Shown here: positions 17,055 to 26,306 of the stretch, in pieces
Numbering within the stretch: position 1 is the first letter of the stretch
Layout of the letters: each line of letters opens with the position of its first letter
Source of the DNA: a virus
Taxonomy: Duplodnaviria; Caudoviricetes
Strand: one strand, 5' to 3'
Length of the DNA stretch: 36,465 nt
Virus record (IMG/VR): IMGVR_UViG_3300022181_000006
Span: 1 to 36,465 of that record
Program-made: the position numbers and the translations under genes
Notes under the pieces: model-generated
What the model saw: the letters and a program-made list of their open reading frames with translations, nothing else
Databases searched by the model: none
What the model was told of the DNA's origin: nothing

Positions 17055-17375
17055 ATGGACGGATTTGGACTCAGCCACATACTTCCGATCATATCCAGTT
17101 TTGGTCTGCCGGGCCTGGTGTTGATCATGTGGTACTTCTCCGAGAAATCACATGAGCGCACCTTGGCTCAATACCGCGACGACATGCTGGAGCAGCGCCA
17201 GATGTACAAGGACAACGTCGAGCTGGTGAAATCCTACCAGAAGATCGCCGAGAGCTACCAGGACGTGATCATCATGAACGCCAATGCCAGCACGAAGCTC
17301 TCGGCCGACATCCGCAGCAACCAATACTGTCCGATGGTCCGTCTGAACAAGGCCGCCCGGGGGCGGCAGGATTAA
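17055..17375 (+). CDS. single-pass membrane protein (holin-like)
   Basis: N-terminal TM followed by coiled coil. Confidence 0.6.
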   Translation: MDGFGLSHILPIISSFGLPGLVLIMWYFSEKSHERTLAQYRDDMLEQRQMYKDNVELVKSYQKIAESYQDVIIMNANASTKLSADIRSNQYCPMVRLNKAARGRQD

Positions 17376-17384
17376 GGGGCGAAA

Positions 17385-17630
17385 ATGAGCGAGCGCATGA
17401 GAGCGATGGGAGAGGCCGAGGACCTGAAGCAAAACCTGTTCGGCCTGAAAGTCGAGATCGAGGAAACCAAGCGGAGCTGCCGGGAACTTCTGATGCCCCA
17501 CCTGGATCCGGAATCCCTGGACATGGAGAGATATGCCGTCCTGTCGGCAAAACTGATCGCCGACACAGCCGAATACCAGACCCTCTTGGACAAGTTGAAC
17601 GCCCTGAAAAAGGAGTACGGGCTGAAATGA
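17385..17630 (+). CDS. hypothetical coiled-coil protein
   Basis: aagggg RBS; ATGA overlap downstream. Confidence 0.7.
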   Translation: MSERMRAMGEAEDLKQNLFGLKVEIEETKRSCRELLMPHLDPESLDMERYAVLSAKLIADTAEYQTLLDKLNALKKEYGLK

Positions 17631-18130
17631 ACCACCGGGATTTGGTCCTTTCGGCGCGGAAAAAGGCACGGTTCGCGTTCCTGGCGCTGCCCGAAGATCT
17701 GCAGGATGAGGTTGTCGACGGACTGGACGGCCAGACGCTCACTCTCGAGGGCGCCTCGGCGCTCATCAAATCGCGCGGCCATAGCCTGAGCCACGAGGCG
17801 GTTGCAGGCTATTACCGGGCGGTTCGAATCGAACGTCGGCTCCTGGAGACAAACCAGGAACTGACCCGGATTGTCCGGGAATTCTCGAACAAGTCCTATG
17901 AAGAGAATCTTCGAGCCCTGGTGAACGTCATTATCGCCACCGCCGCGACGGGCTTGGCGGACGGCTCTGTAGGGATCAAGGACGTTGACCTGGGCAAGGT
18001 GCTTAAAGCTTTGCCGCAGAATCGGAACTCCGACCAAGTGGAGAAAGCGGAAGAGCCAAAGAAGGGCCAAGGCCTGACTGCGAAAGCCGCCGAGGAAATC
18101 CGCACCAAGATCCTGGGGATCACGAAATGA
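17627..18130 (+). CDS. Mu gp27-like (DUF3486) putative small terminase subunit
   Basis: LPEDLQDEV...SLSHEAVAGY; C-terminal GLTAKAAEEIRTKILGI; precedes terminase. Confidence 0.75.
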   Translation: MNHRDLVLSARKKARFAFLALPEDLQDEVVDGLDGQTLTLEGASALIKSRGHSLSHEAVAGYYRAVRIERRLLETNQELTRIVREFSNKSYEENLRALVNVIIATAATGLADGSVGIKDVDLGKVLKALPQNRNSDQVEKAEEPKKGQGLTAKAAEEIRTKILGITK

Positions 18131-19614
18131 GCCGGGGTATCGACAATCTGCAAAGAGGTGACGGCGTTCTGCTGCCCTACCAGAGGGCCTGGATCGCGGA
18201 TACGTCCCCCGTGAAGGTGTGCGAGAAATCCCGCCGGATCGGCCTCTCCTGGTGCGAGGCTGCCGACGACGCGCTCACCGCCGCATCCCGCAGCGGCATG
18301 GACGTCTGGTACATAGGCTACAACAAGGACATGGCCCTGGAATTCATCAATGACGTGGCCTTTTGGGTCAGGCACTACAACGAAGCGGCCTCCGAAATGG
18401 AAGAGACGGTGGTCGAGGATGAAGATCACGACATCCTGGCCTACCGGATCAAGTTCGACTCGGGGCACCGGGTCACGGCCCTTACATCGCGCCCGAGCAA
18501 TCTGCGCGGCAAGCAAGGGAAAGTGGTGATCGACGAAGCGGCGTTCCACGAGGACCTGCGCGGCCTGCTCAAGGCGGCCATCGCGCTCCTTATGTGGGGT
18601 GGGCGCGTGGTTGTCATCAGCACTCACGACGGCGAGGACAACCCCTTCAACGAACTGGTGAACGAGATCAGGGCAGGCAAGAAGGCATATTCGATCCACC
18701 GGATCACCCTCGGCGACGCGCTGCGCCAAGGCCTCTACCGGCGCATTTGTCAGAGCCTTGGCCGCGACTGGTCCGAAGAAGGCGAGGCCGAATGGCGCAG
18801 GGAACTGGTGGATCTCTACGGCGATGATGCGGAAGAGGAGTTGTTTTGCGTGCCGAGCAAGGGATCTGGCGCCGTGCTCACACGGACCATGATCGAATCT
18901 TGCATGACCGACGACGCTCCGGTGCTCCGTTGGAGCTGCAAGCCCGAATTCGCCGAATCGCCCGAAGCCGAGCGCAAGGCGGCAGCGCAAGCATGGTGTG
19001 AGGAACACTTGGCTGCGCTCCTCGATGCGCTTCCGGAAAACTACCCGTCGTTTTTCGGCGAGGACTTCGGCCGCGTCGGCGATCTGACGGTGATCGTCCC
19101 GCTCCTTGAACTCCCACTCCTAACCTATGGTGCGCCGTTTATTGTGGAGCTCCGGGCGGTGCCTTTCAGGCAACAGGAGCAGGTGCTGTTCTTTATTGTC
19201 GACAAGCTCCCGCGCTTTCGCGGGGGCGCCCTGGATGCACGCGGAAACGGGAGCTATCTCGCCGAGGTGGCCATGCAGCGCTACGGCTCATCCCGCATCC
19301 AGCAGGTGATGTTTTCGGAGAAATGGTACATCGAGCAAATGCCATCCTACAAAAGCGCCTTTGAGGACCGGTCCATCATCCTGCCCAGAGACGCGGACAT
19401 CCTGGATGACCACATGGCTCTCCGGAGTACCAGGGGGGTGATAAAGATTCCGGAAAACGAGCGCGGCAAAGGCCGCGACGGCAAACAGCGCCACGGCGAT
19501 TCGGCAATTGCCGGCGCCCTGGCCTGGTTTGCCGCACGAACCATGACGGGCGGACCCATCGAATACGAATCGGTGGATCGGCGTCGATTCGGCGAGCAGC
19601 AGGGGGCGTATTGA
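18127..19614 (+). CDS. terminase large subunit (Mu gp28-like)
   Basis: LLPYQRAW, EKSRRIGLSW, VVIDEAAF, ISTH, GEDFGR, RHGDSAIA. Confidence 0.95.
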   Translation: MSRGIDNLQRGDGVLLPYQRAWIADTSPVKVCEKSRRIGLSWCEAADDALTAASRSGMDVWYIGYNKDMALEFINDVAFWVRHYNEAASEMEETVVEDEDHDILAYRIKFDSGHRVTALTSRPSNLRGKQGKVVIDEAAFHEDLRGLLKAAIALLMWGGRVVVISTHDGEDNPFNELVNEIRAGKKAYSIHRITLGDALRQGLYRRICQSLGRDWSEEGEAEWRRELVDLYGDDAEEELFCVPSKGSGAVLTRTMIESCMTDDAPVLRWSCKPEFAESPEAERKAAAQAWCEEHLAALLDALPENYPSFFGEDFGRVGDLTVIVPLLELPLLTYGAPFIVELRAVPFRQQEQVLFFIVDKLPRFRGGALDARGNGSYLAEVAMQRYGSSRIQQVMFSEKWYIEQMPSYKSAFEDRSIILPRDADILDDHMALRSTRGVIKIPENERGKGRDGKQRHGDSAIAGALAWFAARTMTGGPIEYESVDRRRFGEQQGAY

Positions 19615-21185
19615 TGCTCTACGACCAGTTCGGCAGGGGAATCCAAGTCAGGGATACGCGCCGCCCCGAAACCCGCGAAATTGCCATCGCCGAGATTCGC
19701 GACCGCTGGAACGATTATCCGTCGAGCGGGCTCACCCCGCAGAGGCTCGCCGCGATCCTCCGGGAAGCCGATCAGGGCGATATGCGCCGCCAGGCGGAAC
19801 TGTTCGAGGAGATGGAGGAAAAGGACGCGCACCTCGCCTCCCAGTTCCAGGTACGCAAGCTTGCCGTCCAGGGCCTCGGTTGGGAAATCCTGCCGGCCGC
19901 CGAAGACGCGCGGGCGAAGCAAATCGCCGAAGCGTGCCGCGAACAAATCAACGGCTTGGTCAACTTCGACGAGCACGTGCTCGATCTCCTCGATGCCTTG
20001 CCCAAGGGCTACAGCACGCTGGAAATCCTCTGGGACACCTCCGCCGGCCAGGCCGCGATCCGGGACCTGCGCTGGGTCCATTCCAAGAAAATAACCTATT
20101 GGGAGTCCCTGACTCCTCGAATTTTGACCGTTGAGGAACAGGTCCGGGGGATCGATCCTCCCCCGTTCAAGTTCGTCTTCCACCGCTACAAGGCTCGATC
20201 CGGTCATGACACGCGCAGCGGCCTCATGCGCGTCTGCGCCTGGATGTACCTTTTCAAGAACTACTCGATCAAGGACTGGGTTGCGTTCGCGGAAGTTTAC
20301 GGCATGCCGCTGCGGGTCGGCCGTTACGAGCCGGGGGCGAGCAAGGCGGACAAGGAGAGCTTGGTCGCGGCAATCAGGTCGCTGGGGTCCGACGCCGCCG
20401 GCATCATCAGCAAATCGACCGAAATCGAATTTGTGGAGGCACAGAAGTCCGGCGGCACCTCAGGCCGGAACATCTACGAGAGCCTGGCGGGATTCTGCGA
20501 CGCGCAGATGTCCAAGGCGATCCTGGGGCAGACTCTGACCTCCGAAGCCGGCGGAACCACGGGCCAGGGGAGCTACGCTCTCGGCCAGGTGCATAACGAC
20601 GTCCGGCAGGACCTCACCGAGGCCGATTCTAGAGCGCTCGCAAAGACGATCACGCACCAACTCTTGCGGCCGTTTGTTGGCTTCAACTTCGGTTGGGACG
20701 CGGCAGTCCCGGCCTTCCGGTTTCTCTTCGAGCCGCCCGAGGATCTCAAGGCGGCAGCCGAGACCTACAAAATCCTCTCTGAAATCGGCTTCGACATGAG
20801 CCAGGAGCACGTGTCCGAGCGTTTCAAGATTCCCGTCCGCAAAGAGGGCGAAACGCCCCTTTCGGCACCGACGAAAAAGCAATCACCCGTCCCGGTCCCG
20901 GCGAAACTCCTTGCCAAGATCGCAGGGGGCGGCGGCGATCCCGGCCAACGGTTCGTGGATGACTTGGCGGAAGTGCTGCTTTCCAGGGACGACGCAACCG
21001 ATCCGCTCCTCGGCCAGATCGTTTCGATCGTGCAAAACGCGGACTCCTACGAAGACATGCTCGAAACGCTCTATGCGAAATACGCCTCGCTCGATTCCGC
21101 CAAATTCGAGACGGTGCTCAACCAGGCGATGTTCGCCGCCAACCTCTGGGGCTATCTGCGGGCGCGCGAGGAGGGCCGGGGCTGA
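19614..21185 (+). CDS. portal protein (Mu gp29, DUF935)
   Basis: GLTPQRLAAIL...ELFEEMEEKDAHL; EVYGMPLRVGRY; MSKAILGQTLT; ALGQVHNDVR. Confidence 0.95.
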   Translation: MLYDQFGRGIQVRDTRRPETREIAIAEIRDRWNDYPSSGLTPQRLAAILREADQGDMRRQAELFEEMEEKDAHLASQFQVRKLAVQGLGWEILPAAEDARAKQIAEACREQINGLVNFDEHVLDLLDALPKGYSTLEILWDTSAGQAAIRDLRWVHSKKITYWESLTPRILTVEEQVRGIDPPPFKFVFHRYKARSGHDTRSGLMRVCAWMYLFKNYSIKDWVAFAEVYGMPLRVGRYEPGASKADKESLVAAIRSLGSDAAGIISKSTEIEFVEAQKSGGTSGRNIYESLAGFCDAQMSKAILGQTLTSEAGGTTGQGSYALGQVHNDVRQDLTEADSRALAKTITHQLLRPFVGFNFGWDAAVPAFRFLFEPPEDLKAAAETYKILSEIGFDMSQEHVSERFKIPVRKEGETPLSAPTKKQSPVPVPAKLLAKIAGGGGDPGQRFVDDLAEVLLSRDDATDPLLGQIVSIVQNADSYEDMLETLYAKYASLDSAKFETVLNQAMFAANLWGYLRAREEGRG

Positions 21186-22603
21186 TGCCTGGGATCACTC
21201 CCCAATTGCTGCCGTTCCTTGAGGCCATCGAGTTTTTCCGTGGCAAGGGGATCGTTTTGTCTCCGGATTCGTTCCGGGATGTCTGGGCGGCCGAGCACGT
21301 CAACGCCTTCACCGTCGCCGGGGTGACTTCGATGAATGTTCTTGAGGACATTCGCGCCGGGGTGCAAACGGCAATTAGCGACGGAATGAGCCTATCCGAG
21401 TTCAAGAAATCCCTCATTCCCCTCCTGGAGCGAAAAGGCTGGTTCTCCCCGCAGGGCGAGAAGGCTTGGCAAGTCCTGCCGGACGGAACTTTGCGAAAAC
21501 GCCTCCATCCATGGAGGCTGGACACGATCTACCGCACCAATGTTCAATCCGCATATCAGGCCGGGCGGTATGCGCAGATGATCGAAACCGCCAGGGACCG
21601 GCCCTACTGGCAGTATTCCGCCGTCCTCGACGGCCGCACACGGCCCACACACAGTGCCCTGGATGGCAAGGTCTACCGTTTCGATCATCCATTCTGGAAT
21701 CGTTGGTATCCGCCCAATGGATACAACTGTCGCTGCACGGTGCGCACCTTGTCGGCGCGTCAATTACAGCGACGCGGCCTGGTGGAGCAAATTGCCGGTA
21801 CCGATTTGCAGCCCGATCCCGGCTTTGACTTCAACCCGGGCATGGAGCGATGGAAGCCGGACGTGAACAAGTACAGCCCGGAAGCCGCTGCGCTCTTGCG
21901 GGCGCAGGGAATCCTTCCTCCGCGCGATTTCAAGGAGCTCGGGGCGAGGTTGACTCAGATCCGGGATGCGCTCGGCGAGACGGGGATACCGGCCTACCGG
22001 GGGAAAATGGCGATTTACGAAGCCGGCTTTTCGGATCTGGCCAAATCCTCTCTTGAGACGGGCGAAATCTGGCTCAGAACCGACACTGCCGCCACGATAA
22101 GAGGAGTGCTCGCCTCCGGTGCGGCGGAAACCGGCGCGGAAATGGATGCGCTGCAGACGCTGATTCACGAATTGGGTCACCACATAGGCTACCCGCTCGA
22201 AGACAGGGTCTATGCAAAAAATCGCTCGTATCGCCTATTCTCTCAGCTCGTCAATGAGATCTGGGCCAGGAACCACACCGGAACCATCGCGCGCGGCATC
22301 GGCATCCGCGCAAACCCCGCGGAGCTCATGCGCCTGATCGAGTATCGCAATACCGAGTATCAGCCGTGGATTGAGCGATTTCGGGAACTATTCGCTGCGG
22401 CGGACATTCCTGAAGCGGAAGTGGTGCAACTTGTCGACAGGTTGAATCTGTCGGAGCGGCCGGAAAATTATGAAAGGTTACTCAAGGAATTCTTGGCGGC
22501 GCATTTGGATTTCAAGCTGGAGGATGACCTGTATCGGCTGCTGACGGACGAAGAAGCTCTTCAGGATTTTTTGAGGACCTCGCCGGGGCGCGGCAAGCAA
22601 TAG
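21185..22603 (+). CDS. MuF (gp30) head morphogenesis protein with C-terminal HExxH extension
   Basis: AFTVAGV, RLDTIYRTN, YWQYSAVLDGRTRPTH, PPNGYNCRC, DPGFDFNPG; then about 250 extra aa containing LIHELGHH. Confidence 0.9.
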   Translation: MPGITPQLLPFLEAIEFFRGKGIVLSPDSFRDVWAAEHVNAFTVAGVTSMNVLEDIRAGVQTAISDGMSLSEFKKSLIPLLERKGWFSPQGEKAWQVLPDGTLRKRLHPWRLDTIYRTNVQSAYQAGRYAQMIETARDRPYWQYSAVLDGRTRPTHSALDGKVYRFDHPFWNRWYPPNGYNCRCTVRTLSARQLQRRGLVEQIAGTDLQPDPGFDFNPGMERWKPDVNKYSPEAAALLRAQGILPPRDFKELGARLTQIRDALGETGIPAYRGKMAIYEAGFSDLAKSSLETGEIWLRTDTAATIRGVLASGAAETGAEMDALQTLIHELGHHIGYPLEDRVYAKNRSYRLFSQLVNEIWARNHTGTIARGIGIRANPAELMRLIEYRNTEYQPWIERFRELFAAADIPEAEVVQLVDRLNLSERPENYERLLKEFLAAHLDFKLEDDLYRLLTDEEALQDFLRTSPGRGKQ

Positions 22604-22803
22604 CAATGGAGGTCGAACGCAATCATGTTTTCAAGATCGTTGCGGATACGGGGATTAGTGAGCTCATGCAAACGCGCGGCAGCTTCTTCGTGCCGCCATT
22701 CGTCCATGAGCGCAACGATCTCCCTGGCGATTCCGGCGTTGTATTCCGGGTCGGGAGACCCGTTTTTCCGGGCGAGCTCGATGTGTCGGTCGTCGTATAT
22801 CAT
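22561..22803 (-). CDS. small helical protein convergent with MuF (candidate immunity or moron gene)
   Basis: 80-aa ATG ORF directly downstream of a TTGACA-17-TAGCGT promoter. Confidence 0.65.
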   Translation of the reverse strand: MIYDDRHIELARKNGSPDPEYNAGIAREIVALMDEWRHEEAAARLHELTNPRIRNDLENMIAFDLHCYCLPRPGEVLKKS

Positions 22804-22809
22804 GCATTC

Positions 22810-22838
22810 ACGCTACGGGTATGCGGCTGAAATGTCAA
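22810..22838 (-). promoter_or_regulatory. putative sigma70 promoter giving a leaderless mRNA
   Basis: TTGACA (22838-22833), 17 nt, TAGCGT (22815-22810), 6 nt, ATG 22803. Confidence 0.65.
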
Positions 22839-22848
22839 GGGGAATCTG

Positions 22849-23376
22849 ATGGCAACGGCCTCCATCACGGTTGACGACAGGCAGGTGCGCGACCTGCTCC
22901 AGCGCCTCGGGACGAAATTGGCGGATTTGACTCCCTGCATGAGGACAATCGGCGAGATCGTGCGCGATAGCGTCCAGGCCAACTTCGCGGAAGGGCGAAG
23001 CCCGGAGGGAACCGCGTGGAAGAAGTCATGGCGCGCCATGCGGCAAGGGGGCCGGACCCTGATCGACACGGCGATCCTCAGGAACAGCATCCACGTGCAG
23101 GCATCCAGGAATGAGGTCCGCATCGGCACGCCGGTCAAATACGGCCCTGTTCACCAGTTTGGCGCCCGGGCCGGATCATTCGGAACCGTCGCGGTCACGG
23201 TCCGGGCGCACGTGCGAAAGGCCAGGAGCGGCAAATCGCATAGCGTGCGCGCCCATCCGCGCCGGCAGAAATTGCCTTGGGGAGACATCCCGGCGCGCCC
23301 GTTCCTGGGCGTTCGGCGCGACGACTGGGGCGAGATCCGCGAGACGGTCCTCGACTACCTGGTGACCAGACCGTGA
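22849..23376 (+). CDS. virion morphogenesis protein (Mu gpG/gp31)
   Basis: MRTIGE...NFAEGRSPEG...W, TLIDTAILRNSI, VKYGPVHQFG, IPARPFLG. Confidence 0.9.
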   Translation: MATASITVDDRQVRDLLQRLGTKLADLTPCMRTIGEIVRDSVQANFAEGRSPEGTAWKKSWRAMRQGGRTLIDTAILRNSIHVQASRNEVRIGTPVKYGPVHQFGARAGSFGTVAVTVRAHVRKARSGKSHSVRAHPRRQKLPWGDIPARPFLGVRRDDWGEIRETVLDYLVTRP

Positions 23377-23390
23377 GAAAAGGAGATTCC

Positions 23391-24425
23391 ATGCAGTTTG
23401 ACGACACAATTTTCGCGCGGCTGGGGATAGTGGCCGAGCTGGCGCAGGGGCAAACCGTGCCCGGAGAATTCCAGGTCTTTCCGCTCGGGCCTGTGGAAAT
23501 CCAGGGCGGCGATCCCGTCATGGTCGACCAGGCGGCCATCGAGGAGGTCATCCGTAAATTCCGGGCGCGCGGCCTGGACATGGTGATCGACTGGGAACAC
23601 CAAACCGAGGGCGGCGAATTCTCAAGCCCCGACGGCGTCGCGCCGGCGGCGGGGTGGATCAAGCAACTCGTCAATAAGGGCGCGCAGGGTCTATGGGCCG
23701 TGGTCGAGTGGACGGACCGCGCGCGGGAATACCTCGCCAACCGCGAATACCGCTACTTTTCGCCGGTCTTCCTCGTTTCAAAAGGGGACCGGAAACTGGT
23801 CGAATTGCTGCGCGTGGCGCTCACCAACGCGCCCCGCCTCAATTGGATAAAGCCGATCGTGGCAAAAAAACCAACCGCCCCGGACGGGGCAACGGAGGAA
23901 GCGATGGAATTCCTGAAAGAAGTGCTGAAGGCCCTGGGCCTCCCCGCGGAGGCAACTAAAGAACAGGCGATGGCCGAAATCGCAAAGCTCAAGGGAACCC
24001 CGCAGCCGGTCATCGCCAAGAGCGTGATCTCCGCATTGGGTTTGGCCGAAACAGCCACGGAAAGCGAGATCGTCGCGACGATCCACGCGATCAAGCAGAG
24101 GCCCGACCTCACCACCGAGGTCGCCGCCCTCAAGAGCCGCTTGGCCGAGCGCGATCGCGACGACCTGGTGGCCGCTGCCATGAAGGAAGGCAAGATCACG
24201 CCGGCACAGAAGGAATGGGCGCAGAACTACGCCTTGAACGATCCGGAGGGGTTCAAAACGTTCATCGCCAAGGCTCCCCAAGTGGTGCCCGTGGACCGGA
24301 TCGATCTGTCCCCGGATCGCGGCGACGGCAAGGGCGGCGCCGCTCTCGATGAACACCAGAAAGCGATCAACAAGCAGCTCGGCGTCAGCGACGAGCTTTG
24401 GACGAAACACAACCCGAAATCGTAA
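23391..24425 (+). CDS. Mu-like prohead protease I with C-terminal scaffold
   Basis: aaggag RBS; IDWEHQT, APAAGWI, EWTDRA, YRYFSPVF, ALTNAP. Confidence 0.92.
   Translation: MQFDDTIFARLGIVAELAQGQTVPGEFQVFPLGPVEIQGGDPVMVDQAAIEEVIRKFRARGLDMVIDWEHQTEGGEFSSPDGVAPAAGWIKQLVNKGAQGLWAVVEWTDRAREYLANREYRYFSPVFLVSKGDRKLVELLRVALTNAPRLNWIKPIVAKKPTAPDGATEEAMEFLKEVLKALGLPAEATKEQAMAEIAKLKGTPQPVIAKSVISALGLAETATESEIVATIHAIKQRPDLTTEVAALKSRLAERDRDDLVAAAMKEGKITPAQKEWAQNYALNDPEGFKTFIAKAPQVVPVDRIDLSPDRGDGKGGAALDEHQKAINKQLGVSDELWTKHNPKS
23904..24425 (+). CDS. in-frame internal scaffold protein (Mu Z-like)
   Basis: ggagg RBS before in-frame ATG (MEFLKEVLKALG) after the protease domain, as for Mu I/Z. Confidence 0.6.
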   Translation: MEFLKEVLKALGLPAEATKEQAMAEIAKLKGTPQPVIAKSVISALGLAETATESEIVATIHAIKQRPDLTTEVAALKSRLAERDRDDLVAAAMKEGKITPAQKEWAQNYALNDPEGFKTFIAKAPQVVPVDRIDLSPDRGDGKGGAALDEHQKAINKQLGVSDELWTKHNPKS

Positions 24426-24457
24426 ATGTGCGGCCCTCGGGGCCTAAGGAGGATGCA

Positions 24458-24862
24458 ATGACCGCACTCAATTCGGACCGCAGAACCCCCTACAGAGAAG
24501 GAACCGAACTCGAATTCAAGGTGGCTGGGGGCGCCAGAATCTACGCCGGATCGCTCGTGTGCGTCAACGCCGCCGGCTACGCCGTGCCCGGGGCCGACAC
24601 CGCCGGTTTCAAGTTTGTGGGTGTTGCCCGCGAATCGGTTGACAATGCCGGTGGGGCCAACGGCGACAAAACGGTAGTCGTGCGCAGGAAAGGGGTCTTC
24701 CGGTTCGCCGGCGCCGGCCTGGCCATAACCGACATCGGGGCCTCGGTGAACGTCTCCGATGATCAGACCACGGCGAAAAGCACCAGCAATAACGTTGCCT
24801 GCGGGAAGATCGCGGAATACATAAGCGCGACCGAGGCTGGGATAGATATCGACATGAGATGA
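24458..24862 (+). CDS. capsid decoration/cement protein
   Basis: aaggagg RBS; MTALNSDRRT...IYAGSLV...GYAVPG; between protease and capsid. Confidence 0.75.
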   Translation: MTALNSDRRTPYREGTELEFKVAGGARIYAGSLVCVNAAGYAVPGADTAGFKFVGVARESVDNAGGANGDKTVVVRRKGVFRFAGAGLAITDIGASVNVSDDQTTAKSTSNNVACGKIAEYISATEAGIDIDMR

Positions 24863-24916
24863 CCCGGTTCCCTCGCATCGGGGCGGCAACCGGATCCACA
24901 ATCCAAGGAGTGCAAA

Positions 24917-25798
24917 ATGATCATCAATCAGACGGTCCTACAGGGGATTTACAAATCCTTCAACACGATCTTCAGGGAGGCGCTGGCCACTGCGGCCCCG
25001 AGCCAGTGGCCCCTGGTTGCAATGCAGGTGCCGAGCGAGACGCGCGAAGAATCGTACGACTGGCTCGGAGATCTGCCGATGATGCGCGAGTGGCTCGGCG
25101 ACAGATTGGTCAAGGATCTGTCGGCTTTCCACTACAGCATCGTCAATAAAGACTTCGAAGCCACGATCGAAGTCGACCGGAATGACATCGAAGACGACCG
25201 CATAGGCATTCACCGCCCGCGCATCCAGCAGCTCGCCGACAGCGCCCTGCGACATCCCGACCTTCTGGTGTTTGCGCTGCTCAAGGCCGGCTTCACCACG
25301 ACCTGTTACGACGGTCAATACTTCTTCGACACCGACCACCCGGTGAAGGGTGCAAGCGTCTCCAATTTCGGCGGAGGGTCGGGCGCGGCTTGGTACCTCA
25401 TGGATCTCTCGCGCCCCATCAAACCCATCATCCTGCAGATCCGCAAGCGGCCCGAGTTGGTCGCAATGGACCGCCCCACCGACGAGCAGGTGTTCATGCG
25501 CAAGAAGTACCGCTACGGCGTCGACGATCGCAAAAACGTGGGGTTCGGCCTGTGGCAGCTCGCCTATGCATCCAAGGAAGCTCTCGATGCGACCGGCTAT
25601 GCGGCAGCCCGCGCCGCCATGATGGGATTCAAGAACGAAGAGGACGTACCCCTGGGCATCGTCCCGACCCACCTGGTGGTGCCGCCGACCCTCGAAAGTG
25701 CCGGGCGATCCGTCGTGAAGGTGCAAAACGATGCCGCCGGGGCCGGAAACCCGTGGTTTGGGACTGCTGAACTGGTGGTGGTGCCCTGGCTGGCGTAG
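24917..25798 (+). CDS. major capsid protein (Mu gpT family)
   Basis: YDWLGDLPMMREWLGDR, NKDFEATIEVDRNDIEDD, CYDGQYFFDTDHP, GFGLWQLAY. Confidence 0.95.
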   Translation: MIINQTVLQGIYKSFNTIFREALATAAPSQWPLVAMQVPSETREESYDWLGDLPMMREWLGDRLVKDLSAFHYSIVNKDFEATIEVDRNDIEDDRIGIHRPRIQQLADSALRHPDLLVFALLKAGFTTTCYDGQYFFDTDHPVKGASVSNFGGGSGAAWYLMDLSRPIKPIILQIRKRPELVAMDRPTDEQVFMRKKYRYGVDDRKNVGFGLWQLAYASKEALDATGYAAARAAMMGFKNEEDVPLGIVPTHLVVPPTLESAGRSVVKVQNDAAGAGNPWFGTAELVVVPWLA

Positions 25799-25825
25799 CA
25801 CCGCGAGATCATCGCCTACCGAGTG

Positions 25826-25847
25826 CGGGGCGGGGCAACCCGCCCCG
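25826..25847 (+). other. GC hairpin with GCAA tetraloop after capsid gene (mRNA stabiliser or weak terminator)
   Basis: cggggcggg-gcaa-cccgccccg; no U-tract. Confidence 0.55.
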
Positions 25848-25859
25848 GGGAGAATCGAG

Positions 25860-26303
25860 ATGATCAGAATAAGAGCCAAAGTCGCGGGCTTCCGGCGCTC
25901 CGGGATCGCCCATCCCGCCGAATGGACGGAGTATGCCGAGAATGCCTTCACTCCGGATCAAATGAAGGCGCTGCGGGAAGAACCCATGCTCCAGGTCCAG
26001 GTGGTCAAGGAACTGGCGGGCAAGCCGGAACACGAGGAGAAACCCGATGGTCTGGTACCGCTTCCAGGAATGGGAGAGATGGCTGGGGTTACTGGATCGA
26101 GTGTGCCGATATCGGCCTCTTCCGCACCGCCGCCGGAACTCGTTGCTCCTGCCATCCCTCCAAACCCGGGCCGCGAATCCGCTCCCGGCCCGAATGGCCT
26201 TCCGGCGCAATCGGAGGGAGAGCCGGATACGAAGAAACCCGGAGGAACCGGTCTGACCGAGAATGAGAAACCAAGTGGCAAAAAGGCCAAAAAGAAAGGT
26301 TAA
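25860..26303 (+). CDS. HI1506-like (Mu gp35-like) protein with long Pro/Gly-rich tail
   Basis: GFRRSGIAH...FTPDQMKALREEPMLQV. Confidence 0.75.
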   Translation: MIRIRAKVAGFRRSGIAHPAEWTEYAENAFTPDQMKALREEPMLQVQVVKELAGKPEHEEKPDGLVPLPGMGEMAGVTGSSVPISASSAPPPELVAPAIPPNPGRESAPGPNGLPAQSEGEPDTKKPGGTGLTENEKPSGKKAKKKG

Positions 26304-26306
26304 TCG

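Noticed and set aside
22606-22830. Plus-strand 74-aa ORFs as canonical MuF immunity gene
   Set aside because: No convincing RBS and less protein-like; the minus-strand ORF has a clear promoter. Not fully excluded.
23377-23390. Anti-CRISPR locus between G and protease I, as in D3112-like phages
   Set aside because: The gap is only 14 bp; no inserted genes.
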